64,000 nucleotides of DNA from Candidatus Bathyarchaeia archaeon (GCA_035529595.1 DATKWK010000017.1:29384-93383); one strand, 5' to 3'. Positions 9,411 to 18,250 are shown, counted from the stretch's first letter. Numbers and translations are program-made. The notes: generated by a model from the sequence alone, not told the origin.

Positions 9411-11629
9411 TGGAATACTCCTTGTTGCAAATCATCAACTACCTGCTTTAAGCCTTCATCTCCAAACACTTTTAAGGCGTACTGTAAACCGCCGTATTGA
9501 GAAATTGGTGGCCTATTGAAGTCAGCAATATCAGCCTTGCTCCCTGCAAGATATTGATTCTTCAGCATTCTTAAAACTCTGGCCTGCTCTGGAGCAAAAT
9601 TCTTTTGAATAATCCAAGCATCGAAGGCCTTGCTGACTCTTTCTTCTTTAGTTGGGAATTTGTGCATTCCAAGGGAAGATTTGATGAAATCTAATAAGTT
9701 GGCAGTTGGTTGGCCATAGGCATCTCTTAAATTGGCTTCATTGAAAAAGTATTCTGGGTGATTTAAAAGTTGGGCTAATTCTTGAAGTTCTTCATCTGTT
9801 ATCTCCTTGCCTTGTTTAACCTTGGCCACAATCTCATTTGAATCAACAAGAGTGCTCACTTCTTCAGCAAACTTATCTTTATACTCTCGAGCATCAACTT
9901 TTTCTCCTTCTGGCCCAAACTCAATAAATTTACGCTCCATCCATTCATCTGGAGCCTGTCCTTTGGGTACAGTTACAAACTCTCTTTTGGGCATCTTCAG
10001 TTCTTCTTCTTGTAGTAAATCTTCTTCCACTTTCTCCTCTTTTAGCTCCCTGGTAGCTGATTCCTTTTGTTCAAATGGGTCATAACCTTCATCGTTAAAA
10101 TATTTAGCATTACCAACGAAGTCATAAATCATAAAAGAAGTTTTACCGATTTCTGGGCAGAGTCGTGAACCCCTACCTCGCATTTGTTGGTAAAAAATTG
10201 GTGAGAGGGTTGGCCGACACATCATCAAATTTTCAATAGCTGGGTAGTCGAAACCTGTGTCTAACATGGCCACCGAAACCGCAATCACGGGCAAAGGTTC
10301 CTTTTTAAAACGTTTAATAGCTCTTTGTGGGTCGAAGGTGTCGGTGGTTATCATCTCAGCATACTTTCCCTTATATTCTGGATAAGCCTGGTTGAAGAAT
10401 CTGGTTAGTTGAGCGGCGTGTTTCTTGGTGACAGCAAATACAATTGTTTTCCTGGGATGGTCGCTTCCTTTCTTTTCTTCTTGCTCTTTGAATTCTTGGA
10501 CAAAGAGCATATTTCTGTCTTCAACTGTAATTACTCTTTCTAAATCTTGCGGCTGATAATCTTCGCCTTGCCATTTAATTCCTTCTAGAGAAATCTTCGA
10601 ACGGGCATGATAAACCTTGTAGCCAGCTAAATAGCCATCATTTATCGCTTGTCTAATGCCGTAAATAAAAGTGGGCTTACCTCGTCTGGTTGATGGGTTC
10701 CAACAGTCAAAAAATTTATAAGTGTTGCGGTCAATAAAATTGGCTGGAGTAGCGGTTAAACCAACATGAATAGCATCAAAATGAAGAAGAAGCGGACGAT
10801 ACATGCTGTAAATTGAACGATGACACTCATCAGTCACTACTAAATCAAAATAGCCACTAGTAAAAGAGTCAACTTGTGATTGAATCGTTGGTAAAGTACC
10901 AATCACTATCTGGCCTTCTTTGCTTCTTTTACCGCCGTATAAAACAATTGAGGGGTATTCAGAAAGATAATCATCAAAAGTTTCCTTGGCTTGGTTGGCA
11001 AGCTCGATTCGGTCGACTAGAAATAAAACTCGCTCAACAAGACCTGCCTGAAATAATCGCTTCATTTGCATGGCAATCACTAGCGTTTTCCCTGTCCCTG
11101 TAGCCATTTCTATTAACATCCGTCGTTTATTTTCTTCTATTCCTTTATCCATTGTTCTTAATGAATCTTTTTGGTAAGGCCTGACAGTGATTTCTTTGCC
11201 TCTAAAAAAGAATTTATCGGGAATGGGAATAGCGGAAAGCGGCTTGCGATATTTTCTTAAAGTGGAAATTCTTTCTAAATCATATCTGGAAAAAAAGGAG
11301 TCAACCAGACGAGCATCTGCCTGAGCGTAATCCCAAAAATAGGTGTCTTCGCCATTAGAAAGGAAAATAAAAGGAGCTTGAAGTTCCTTAGCATAATTCT
11401 CTGCCTGTTCTTTGGCAGAATACGGGTCCTTGTTGAATCTTTTTGTTTCTACGACCGCTAACGACCTTCCTCGAGCGTCCAAAAGAAGATAATCGGCCCT
11501 ACCGTCTTTAGTAGCTTCTTCGGTAGTAACCTGAGTTTTATCTTCAATATCCCAGCCTGCCTCTTTAAGCAAGCGGTCAACAATGATTCTGGAATCCGTC
11601 TCTTTCGAGGCAGATTTAGCATTAGCCAT
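9407..11629 (-). CDS. hsdR: Type I restriction subunit R (EcoEI-like)
   Basis: ADYLL..VETK nuclease, ATGTGKT, DECH, LTATP, QMRGRGSR, EcoEI-type C-terminus. Confidence 0.95.
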   Translation of the reverse strand: MANAKSASKETDSRIIVDRLLKEAGWDIEDKTQVTTEEATKDGRADYLLLDARGRSLAVVETKRFNKDPYSAKEQAENYAKELQAPFIFLSNGEDTYFWDYAQADARLVDSFFSRYDLERISTLRKYRKPLSAIPIPDKFFFRGKEITVRPYQKDSLRTMDKGIEENKRRMLIEMATGTGKTLVIAMQMKRLFQAGLVERVLFLVDRIELANQAKETFDDYLSEYPSIVLYGGKRSKEGQIVIGTLPTIQSQVDSFTSGYFDLVVTDECHRSIYSMYRPLLLHFDAIHVGLTATPANFIDRNTYKFFDCWNPSTRRGKPTFIYGIRQAINDGYLAGYKVYHARSKISLEGIKWQGEDYQPQDLERVITVEDRNMLFVQEFKEQEEKKGSDHPRKTIVFAVTKKHAAQLTRFFNQAYPEYKGKYAEMITTDTFDPQRAIKRFKKEPLPVIAVSVAMLDTGFDYPAIENLMMCRPTLSPIFYQQMRGRGSRLCPEIGKTSFMIYDFVGNAKYFNDEGYDPFEQKESATRELKEEKVEEDLLQEEELKMPKREFVTVPKGQAPDEWMERKFIEFGPEGEKVDAREYKDKFAEEVSTLVDSNEIVAKVKQGKEITDEELQELAQLLNHPEYFFNEANLRDAYGQPTANLLDFIKSSLGMHKFPTKEERVSKAFDAWIIQKNFAPEQARVLRMLKNQYLAGSKADIADFNRPPISQYGGLQYALKVFGDEGLKQVVDDLQQGVFQ

Positions 11630-11643
11630 TCTTTTATTTCTTT

Positions 11644-11838
11644 TTATTTCTTTTGTCTTTCAATATAACTCTCGATGTCTTCGGGCCTGTATCTTCTATC
11701 ACCGACGCCACGCCTGGAGCCAATTCTGACAGCCTTTAAACGGTCTTCGTTATCCAATCGCCTTAGAGTTGCGGGACTAACATTTAAAATGTCAGCTGCT
11801 TGTTTTAAGGTCAACAATTTTCTAATTTTTTTGGTCAT
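11644..11838 (-). CDS. MerR-like/excisionase HTH protein leading the RM operon
   Basis: LLTLKQAADILNVSPATLRR...G.RRYRPEDI. Confidence 0.85.
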   Translation of the reverse strand: MTKKIRKLLTLKQAADILNVSPATLRRLDNEDRLKAVRIGSRRGVGDRRYRPEDIESYIERQKK

Positions 11839-11997
11839 AGCTAATTGAACTTAATTATATCTTATTACTTACTGTTTTAGAAGTTGAAGATTCCAAAAGT
11901 ATAATTATTATTGTACTTTCATTTTGTACAAAAATATTACTCACCCTGCCTTAAATTTTATCTCAAAATTGATGCATTATGAGGTGAATTTTTCTAG

Positions 11998-12026
11998 TTG
12001 ACAGCCTCAATTCATTTTCTTAAAAT
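11998..12026 (+). promoter_or_regulatory. Near-consensus sigma70 promoter with no downstream ORF
   Basis: TTGACA (11998-12003), 17 bp spacer, TAAAAT (12021-12026). Confidence 0.75.
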
Positions 12027-12032
12027 TTAGTT

Positions 12033-12555
12033 AATCTTGAGTCTTGGTATTTGCCAAGGAGTAACAAGAAATTGTGAAGTTCAACTCAAATTAGGGTTGG
12101 ACTTTTTTTGTTTAAGCAGAAGTCGTAGTGCACCATTGTGTGAGAGGCTAAAGAAGCCAAGGTCTAGTTGTAGGTGAAGTTTAACCCCACTTCACTCTAC
12201 CAACGGGGCCTCACGGGGAGTCGGCAACAAATACGACGTTAAATAAAGGTGTGAGGATGGTTGGCTGTTGACGTGTGACGAAGTCCAAAGTGTGCACGGG
12301 AATGACAACAGAAAAATGTGTCGGGATAAAGAGTTACGCACTATGCTCTCCCACCTTCTAGCTCAATGGAGACTAGTTTGGAGGCGATAGTTGGCTTAAA
12401 CGCTCTGAGAGAAAACAGGTTAAAGCGTTGAAAACATTCTTATTTTCTGTTTCTATGCTCTAAATTCCAAAGTGTGCAGTAAGGGCAACTCTCGGAAGGC
12501 AGTAAACGCTACCGAAATTCAGAAGTAATCTCCAAGTCAATTAATTTGGCACTTT
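12033..12555 (+). ncRNA. Candidate large structured non-coding RNA (family not recognised)
   Basis: No ORF of 60 aa or more; lies downstream of a strong promoter; many nested helices with G-U pairs on the + strand (see findings). Confidence 0.5.
12077..12109 (+). terminator. Intrinsic terminator/attenuator-like hairpin
   Basis: AAGTTCAACTC-aaatta-GGGTTGGACTT followed by a T run. Confidence 0.6.
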
Positions 12556-12570
12556 TATGCTCAAATTACT

Positions 12571-12792
12571 TTATCTATGAAACAAGTCTTCTACTTTAAC
12601 CTTAAATTTCCTAGATATTCTCATTAAGAGCTTTAAAGATGGGCTCTCTCGACCTTGTTCTATGAAGCCCATATAAACTCTGGAAATACCTAGCTGGTGA
12701 GCTAGTTCTTCTTGGGTTAAATTATTTTGCTTCCTTAACTTTTGCACCTTTTTCCCTAAGGTTCTTAGTGTTTCTTTACTTGTTTTAGGCAT
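12571..12792 (-). CDS. XRE-family HTH transcriptional regulator
   Basis: LRKQNNLTQEELAHQLGISRVYMGFIEQGRESPSL. Confidence 0.92.
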   Translation of the reverse strand: MPKTSKETLRTLGKKVQKLRKQNNLTQEELAHQLGISRVYMGFIEQGRESPSLKLLMRISRKFKVKVEDLFHR

Positions 12793-12929
12793 ACATCCAT
12801 ATTGTTGTATGCCGTCGTTTTAAACTCCACTAAGTATAACTAAGCATTTGGCCTTGAAAAAGGCTTGATTTCTTCTCTTAGATATAGTATGATTTCCTAG
12901 AAGATTTAAAATAAAAGAGATAAAACGAA

Positions 12930-13577
12930 ATGAAAAAAATATTTGTAGTTTGCTTCTCTATAATCCTATTAATATTTGCCTCGCAACATTTCACTAAACC
13001 TGCCGAAGCCTTTTCGTTTAGATACTCACGAAACATATTTTTCCCCTATCGACAAGAAGTCCTTAAAATGATTAATAAGGCGATTGAGCCCATACAGGCT
13101 CTAATTGATAGTCTTACCAGTAGGACAGATGATTTAGAAGATAAAGTGGCAGATTTAGAAGAAAGGCTAAAAGGACTGGAAGAAATTGCCCACTGCCCAC
13201 CAGGGATGGTTCCTGAAATCCGTTTTGAGGGTGATTTAGGTCCTCTTAAATGCAGGCTCGTTGATAATCCTCAACCCACGATTGAACCACAACCAACTTC
13301 TAGTCCAGAAGCCTTTCAAGTAAGCTGTGGCGTTCCAGAAGGTTCTAGTAGCTCGAGCGAGTTTACCATTTCTGCCAACAAACCACTCAAATCCTGTCTG
13401 TACACTACCAGTCCGATAGATAACTCTGAGCCAGAAACATCAGTTAGCATAACTCCAAACGATAATATTTGTTCTTTCACAGAAAATAACTGCGACAGAC
13501 AAATATGGGTAGGAATGGAATCATTTGATAACGAAAACCAAGAATGTCTCTACGAAGCGGTTGCATGTAACCCCTAA
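12930..13577 (+). CDS. Secreted hypothetical protein (signal peptide, short coiled coil, Cys-containing C-terminus)
   Basis: MKK + hydrophobic stretch + AEA cleavage-like site; heptad LEDKVADLEERL. Confidence 0.75.
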   Translation: MKKIFVVCFSIILLIFASQHFTKPAEAFSFRYSRNIFFPYRQEVLKMINKAIEPIQALIDSLTSRTDDLEDKVADLEERLKGLEEIAHCPPGMVPEIRFEGDLGPLKCRLVDNPQPTIEPQPTSSPEAFQVSCGVPEGSSSSSEFTISANKPLKSCLYTTSPIDNSEPETSVSITPNDNICSFTENNCDRQIWVGMESFDNENQECLYEAVACNP

Positions 13578-13695
13578 AGAAGAAATAAGTTTCATTTTCC
13601 TTAAAAAAATTATTATCCAAGCTATTAATCTTGAAAATGAAGACTAATAAATATAGAGGTCTGATTAGTGAATTTGCCTGCTAAATAGGAATATT

Positions 13696-13902
13696 TTAAG
13701 AGCTAACGCTTAACAGCTGGTCCAGAACATTGCTCTCCATTTCCTTGAAATTTGGCCTTTTAAGTCTGAGCCACCTCTTTTTACTACCTGGGACAACATA
13801 ATAATCGAGCTCGCTTCGCTTTAAATAACGCCAGATAGTGGTCCGACTTACCCCTTTCTTTTTGGCGTATTCTGATATACCGACAAGTCTAATTTTTGCC
13901 AT
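13696..13902 (-). CDS. Small HTH DNA-binding protein (excisionase-like)
   Basis: GISEYAKKKGVSRTTIWRYLK. Confidence 0.7.
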   Translation of the reverse strand: MAKIRLVGISEYAKKKGVSRTTIWRYLKRSELDYYVVPGSKKRWLRLKRPNFKEMESNVLDQLLSVSS

Positions 13903-14274
13903 AATTTGAAGTTCGATTGATGTTAATTAAACTTATTGTTATTTTACCAGCTAAATACGGAAAATAGCCATTATAAACAGGGTAAGTTTCGAGACAGTTA
14001 GGGCCTATGAGAACTAGCGAACTTTTGTTTGATTGTCTTATTTCTGTAACTTCGGTACCCCCCAGGGCTATTTATTTCAACCCTCTTTGAAGTAGTTTTG
14101 GCACGGTTAAAACACACTATTTGCAAGCCAAAACTTCTTTCTTTTCTAAGTCGATAGAGAAAACTAACTCAACTGGTATCGAAATTGGCATAGTCTGACA
14201 TCTTGACTATTCAGCCTGTTTGTATGAAAATATGTAATTAGGGGTAATTAAATACAATATAAAAGGCTGTCATT

Positions 14275-14649
14275 ATGCTCAATTCAATCTTCAAAGTTTC
14301 TTTAAAAAGTTCCCTTATCACTTTTTTTATAATCCTCACTCCTTTTTTTATTCCCCTCTACTCTTTATTAGTTGTTATCTTTGTTGTCGTTAAACTCATC
14401 AGAATAGCAAACCATCAACTCATTGAAGAACCACGTCGAATAGCAGAGGTCTTGTGTCCAACTGAAGAAATTAATCCCGCCAAAAGACCTCAAAGGACAC
14501 CCGACAAACTCACCTTTTATAAAGACTGTCTGATTGAATCTTTCGTTAAGGAAAAGGCTTACCGAATTTTAACTCCTCAAAGTGCTGATTTAGGCATAAG
14601 TTTTAAAAATTTAAACGAAGCAAAAAGGGAAATAAGTCTTGTTAGATAG
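14275..14649 (+). CDS. Hypothetical membrane protein
   Basis: ATG ORF with an N-terminal hydrophobic segment. Confidence 0.55.
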   Translation: MLNSIFKVSLKSSLITFFIILTPFFIPLYSLLVVIFVVVKLIRIANHQLIEEPRRIAEVLCPTEEINPAKRPQRTPDKLTFYKDCLIESFVKEKAYRILTPQSADLGISFKNLNEAKREISLVR

Positions 14650-14662
14650 GGCAAAATTACTA

Positions 14663-14691
14663 TTGCACTTGAGGCTAAAATGTGTTATAAA
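14663..14691 (+). promoter_or_regulatory. sigma70 promoter for the small ORF-integrase unit
   Basis: TTGCAC, 17 bp spacer, TG-extended TATAAA. Confidence 0.55.
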
Positions 14692-14790
14692 ACATTTAAT
14701 AAGACCTTCGGGTCGACAGAAATAAAAAGAAACAGAAATAAGAGGATAAAGCCATTCGGCGAGGCCTCTTTTTTTATTGGGAGAAAACTA

Positions 14791-15027
14791 ATGAAAGACA
14801 TTGAAGCAAAGCTAAACCAGGCAGCCACCTTATTAGCAGAAGTGATGCTAAGCCAGTTGGGCTTTAATTTCATTCCAAAAGTTAGGATTGAACTTAGTTA
14901 TATTTTCCAGATAAAAATAATCTTGACTGGAAGCCCTTATGAAATTCCGTTTAATTACTACGAGAAACTTAGTTTTACCAGAAAGGAGGGATTTAATGAA
15001 CCCATCTACACAGCCTATGCCATCTAA
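14791..15027 (+). CDS. Small protein upstream of the integrase (possible directionality factor/regulator)
   Basis: GGAG RBS before ATG 14791; MKDIEAKLNQAATLLAEVMLSQL...; overlaps the integrase start. Confidence 0.55.
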   Translation: MKDIEAKLNQAATLLAEVMLSQLGFNFIPKVRIELSYIFQIKIILTGSPYEIPFNYYEKLSFTRKEGFNEPIYTAYAI

Positions 15028-16531
15028 AAAATGCTTGATTTATACTCGTGTCTCGACCGATGAGCAAGTGCGGGAGGGCATGTCTCTTGACGTTCAAAAA
15101 AGAGTTTGTTCTAAATGGGCCAAAGATAATGGCTATCAGATAGTCGGTATTTATACAGACGAGGGCAAGAGTGCCACAACGACCAAGGGCAGACATGGCC
15201 TTGAAGATTTAATTATTCACTGCCAAAAAGAGCACATTGACATCGTACTTGTGCTGGACACGGACCGATTGGCCAGAAACCCATTTAGCCATTATTCAAT
15301 CAAGGAAGAACTAAGAAAGGTTCATACCGAAATTATATCTGTCAGCCAACCAATGATTGATAATTCTCCTGAAGGCAATCTGGTTGATGGCATTATGGCT
15401 AATGTCAACGCTTTCCAGAGCCAATTAACAGGCCGAAAGGTAAGAAAGAGTCTTGAGAAGAAGTGCCAGGACGGCTGGTGGCCAGGATGGGCAAAGTTAG
15501 GCTATTTGAATCACAATAAGGGAACAGCGGACAATCCAGAAAAAATAATCATTGTTGACCCAGAAAGAAGCCCGTTAATTACTTTATTTTTCAAACTTTA
15601 TTCGACAGGCAACTTCTCTATCGACAGTTTAGTTGATTTGATGTACGAAAAGGGCCTGAGGTCCAAAAATGGCAAGAAAGTATCCAGAAGCATTCTTTAT
15701 AATGTCCTCCATGACCCGTTTTATTTTGGCAAGATTGAATTCAAAAGTAGAACCTACCAAGGAAAACATCCTCACCTAACCACTTCTGCCATTTTTAAAA
15801 CTTGTCAAAGAATTTCTAGCCTGCATAATCAAAACGCCTGCCGAAGACGGAAATATCGCTGGTTGCTTAACGGCTTTGCTTATTGCTCGGTTTGCAGGAA
15901 AAGGATTTATGCTGAATGGCACAAGCCAAAGGTCAAGGCTTATTATCATTGTTCCAAGCGAAACGGTGATTGTCGGCAGCCCTATATTGAAATGAATCAT
16001 TTGGAGAAAAAGATAGAATTAGAGTTTAAGAAATTACAACTTTCTCAAGAATTCAGCCAAAGAATCGTTGACAAAGCCAAAGAATTAGTCAAAAAGTCAA
16101 GAGAAAATATTGAAGAAGATAAGCAGGCCCTAAGAAACGCCATCAACCAGCTTGAGATTAAAAGAAATCGGCTTGAAGACGAGCTACTTGACCGCACTAT
16201 CAGCAAAGAGGCCTTTAAACGCAAGCACACTGAGTTAGAAGGCCAGATTAAGAGCTTACAGGAACAAATCCATGATATTGAAACCAACCAGCGAATTGAT
16301 ATTGACGTTATTTCTCGGGTAATGGATATGGCCTCTAATATCTACGAGACCTACAAGAAGTCTAATTTCGATGCTAAGAGAATTTACTTGGGAATCTTCT
16401 TTGAAAAGTTTGAAATCAAAAATAAAAAGGTAGCGAAAGCAATTCCAACGCCACTCTTTGCAAGCCTAATTGAGCACGGCTATTGTAGAGTAACGCCTAA
16501 CTGGCTCCCCGGACTGGACTCGAACCAGTAA
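14996..16531 (+). CDS. Large serine recombinase (integrase)
   Basis: YTRVST catalytic Ser, DRLAR, recombinase domain, Zn ribbon CSVC...YYHC...C, coiled coil; AAGGAGG RBS before ATG 14996. Confidence 0.95.
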   Translation: MNPSTQPMPSKKCLIYTRVSTDEQVREGMSLDVQKRVCSKWAKDNGYQIVGIYTDEGKSATTTKGRHGLEDLIIHCQKEHIDIVLVLDTDRLARNPFSHYSIKEELRKVHTEIISVSQPMIDNSPEGNLVDGIMANVNAFQSQLTGRKVRKSLEKKCQDGWWPGWAKLGYLNHNKGTADNPEKIIIVDPERSPLITLFFKLYSTGNFSIDSLVDLMYEKGLRSKNGKKVSRSILYNVLHDPFYFGKIEFKSRTYQGKHPHLTTSAIFKTCQRISSLHNQNACRRRKYRWLLNGFAYCSVCRKRIYAEWHKPKVKAYYHCSKRNGDCRQPYIEMNHLEKKIELEFKKLQLSQEFSQRIVDKAKELVKKSRENIEEDKQALRNAINQLEIKRNRLEDELLDRTISKEAFKRKHTELEGQIKSLQEQIHDIETNQRIDIDVISRVMDMASNIYETYKKSNFDAKRIYLGIFFEKFEIKNKKVAKAIPTPLFASLIEHGYCRVTPNWLPGLDSNQ

Positions 16532-16577
16532 CCCTTCGCTTAACAGGCGAATGCTCTGCCAATTGAGCTACCGGGGA
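16502..16577 (-). tRNA. tRNA-Asn(GTT), CCA encoded; island integration site
   Basis: TCCCCGGTAGCTCAATTGGCAGAGCATTCGCCTGTTAAGCGAAGGGTTACTGGTTCGAGTCCAGTCCGGGGAGCCA. Confidence 0.97.
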
Positions 16578-16626
16578 ATATTAATGTACTGCACAATTTT
16601 ACCAAACTTGGGAAGTTATTCCAAAT

Positions 16627-17101
16627 TCAAGAAATAGCTATCCTTGCCAAAACTGTTTCGATTTGGCGATAGAGATCTTCGGGAGCAGAATTATTAATCA
16701 ACTGAAAATCAGCGGCCTTAAGACAAACAGTAATATTCCTGCCCTCACTGTATTTATCCCGCTCTTCATTTTTTAAAAAAGCCGGCCAGGTCGTTGGGTC
16801 TCCTGCCCGGTCGCGGGCTATCATTCGCTGAAAACGAAGTCGGGGCTTGGCTGAAACACTCACCAGCCAAAAACCGGGTTGCTCTTTTAAAAATTCGACT
16901 TCCTCAATTCCCCGGATACTATCAATCACCGCTTTTTTTCTTTTGGCAGAGACTATCTTTTGCCAAACTCTCTGGGCCAACACCGTTGGTCCGAGCCGCT
17001 GGCGCAGATCACCGGCCACCCGCTGAAGCGAATCACGGGTAATCGGTTCCTTTGCCGGCGCAAGGCAAACCAACAAAGCCAAGAATTGTTCTGATAGTCA
17101 T
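16627..17101 (-). pseudogene. P-loop kinase (dephospho-CoA kinase/UPF0200-like), broken by an internal deletion and frameshift
   Basis: ATG 17101 frame gives MTIRTILGFVGLPCAGKGTDYP* (Walker A, then stop); the kinase body (ITRDSLQ...VIDSIR..EEV..RFQR..ADFQLIN) continues in another frame. Confidence 0.75.
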
Positions 17102-17103
17102 GA

Positions 17104-18204
17104 TTATTCCAAATAGTCTTGCAGCTTCTTTCTCCTCGAGGGGTGCTTCAACTTCCGCAGGGCTTTAGCCTCAATCTGCCGGATCCGTTCACGAGTCACG
17201 CCAAACTCCCGACCAACCTCCTCTAAAGTCATCGGCCGGGAACCATTGAGGCCAAAACGCATCTTTAAAACCTTTGCCTCACGATCCGATAAAGTCTTTA
17301 AAACCTCGTTAACGTTTTCTTTTAAAAGTTGTTTTGAGGCCGAATCATAGGGAGACGGCTGAGAAGTATCCTGAATAAAATCTCCCAAGAGCGAGTCCTG
17401 GTCATCCCCAACCGGCTTTTCCAGCGAAGTCGTATTTTGGGCGATTTTAAAGATTTCCCTGACCCGGTCAGGATCCAATTCCAGTTCATCGCCGATTTCC
17501 TCAGGGCTCGGTTCCCGTCCCAGCTGTTGCATTAATTTCCGGGAAATCCGAATTACTTTATTAATTGTTTCCACCATGTGGACCGGAATCCGAATAGTTC
17601 TTGCCTGATCGGCTATTGCCCGCGTGATTGCCTGCCGGATCCACCAGGTAGCATAGGTAGAAAATTTATAACCTCGCCGCCAGTCGTATTTTTCCACCGC
17701 CCGCATCAACCCTTGATTCCCTTCTTGGATCAGATCCAAGAAGCCCATTCCCCTACCGACGTATTTTTTGGCAATCGAGACCACTAAACGTAAATTTGAT
17801 TGAACCAGTTTCTTTCGAGCCGCATCGGAACCTTTCTCGATCCGCTGGGCTAATTTCACTTCTTCTACGGCGGTCAAAAGAGAAATCCGGCCAATTTCCT
17901 TAAGATACATTCTTACCGGATCAGTGATTGTCTTGTCCTTCAAAGTCGCCAAAACCTCAAGCTCTTTCGTTAAGGCCGAAGCCGCCTTTTCGTCCTCAAC
18001 CATTTCCTCCTTTGTCACCGTTTCAAAAACATCCACTTCGGCTTTCAAAAGATGATCGTAGAGATTGTCAAGTTCCTCGATCCGATCTTCGGCATCGGGA
18101 AAAAGAACCAAAATTTCATCCTGGGTCACAAAACCCTGCTTTTTCCCCTTCTTTATAAGGGCGGTTACATTAACTTTCTTTTTGCGGCTGACTTTTGTTG
18201 GCAT
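17104..18204 (-). CDS. rpoD: RNA polymerase primary sigma factor
   Basis: [54 protein letters not shown]; start taken at MPTK. Confidence 0.97.
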   Translation of the reverse strand: MPTKVSRKKKVNVTALIKKGKKQGFVTQDEILVLFPDAEDRIEELDNLYDHLLKAEVDVFETVTKEEMVEDEKAASALTKELEVLATLKDKTITDPVRMYLKEIGRISLLTAVEEVKLAQRIEKGSDAARKKLVQSNLRLVVSIAKKYVGRGMGFLDLIQEGNQGLMRAVEKYDWRRGYKFSTYATWWIRQAITRAIADQARTIRIPVHMVETINKVIRISRKLMQQLGREPSPEEIGDELELDPDRVREIFKIAQNTTSLEKPVGDDQDSLLGDFIQDTSQPSPYDSASKQLLKENVNEVLKTLSDREAKVLKMRFGLNGSRPMTLEEVGREFGVTRERIRQIEAKALRKLKHPSRRKKLQDYLE

Positions 18205-18250
18205 AATTGGATAATAAATCAGATAATAATCTTCTCCTACTCTTATTTTA

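Larger units (their letters stand above)
1..16531. mobile_element. tRNA-Asn-integrated genomic (defence) island; left end outside window
   Basis: Large serine recombinase abutting and overlapping the tRNA-Asn 3' end; cargo of RM/defence genes and small HTH genes; housekeeping genes resume right after the tRNA. The second att copy is not in the window. Confidence 0.85.

Noticed and set aside
12284-12478. Mini-CRISPR from the 13-bp direct repeats
   Set aside because: Only two short copies 182 bp apart; no cas genes; no repeat-spacer array seen anywhere in the window.
12110-12555. Group II intron or retron msr-msd as the identity of the structured region
   Set aside because: No domain V motif recognisable and no reverse transcriptase in the window.
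14680-14995. Longer starts for the small ORF (14680) and the integrase (14939)
   Set aside because: 14680 lies within the promoter; RBS positions support ATG 14791 and ATG 14996.
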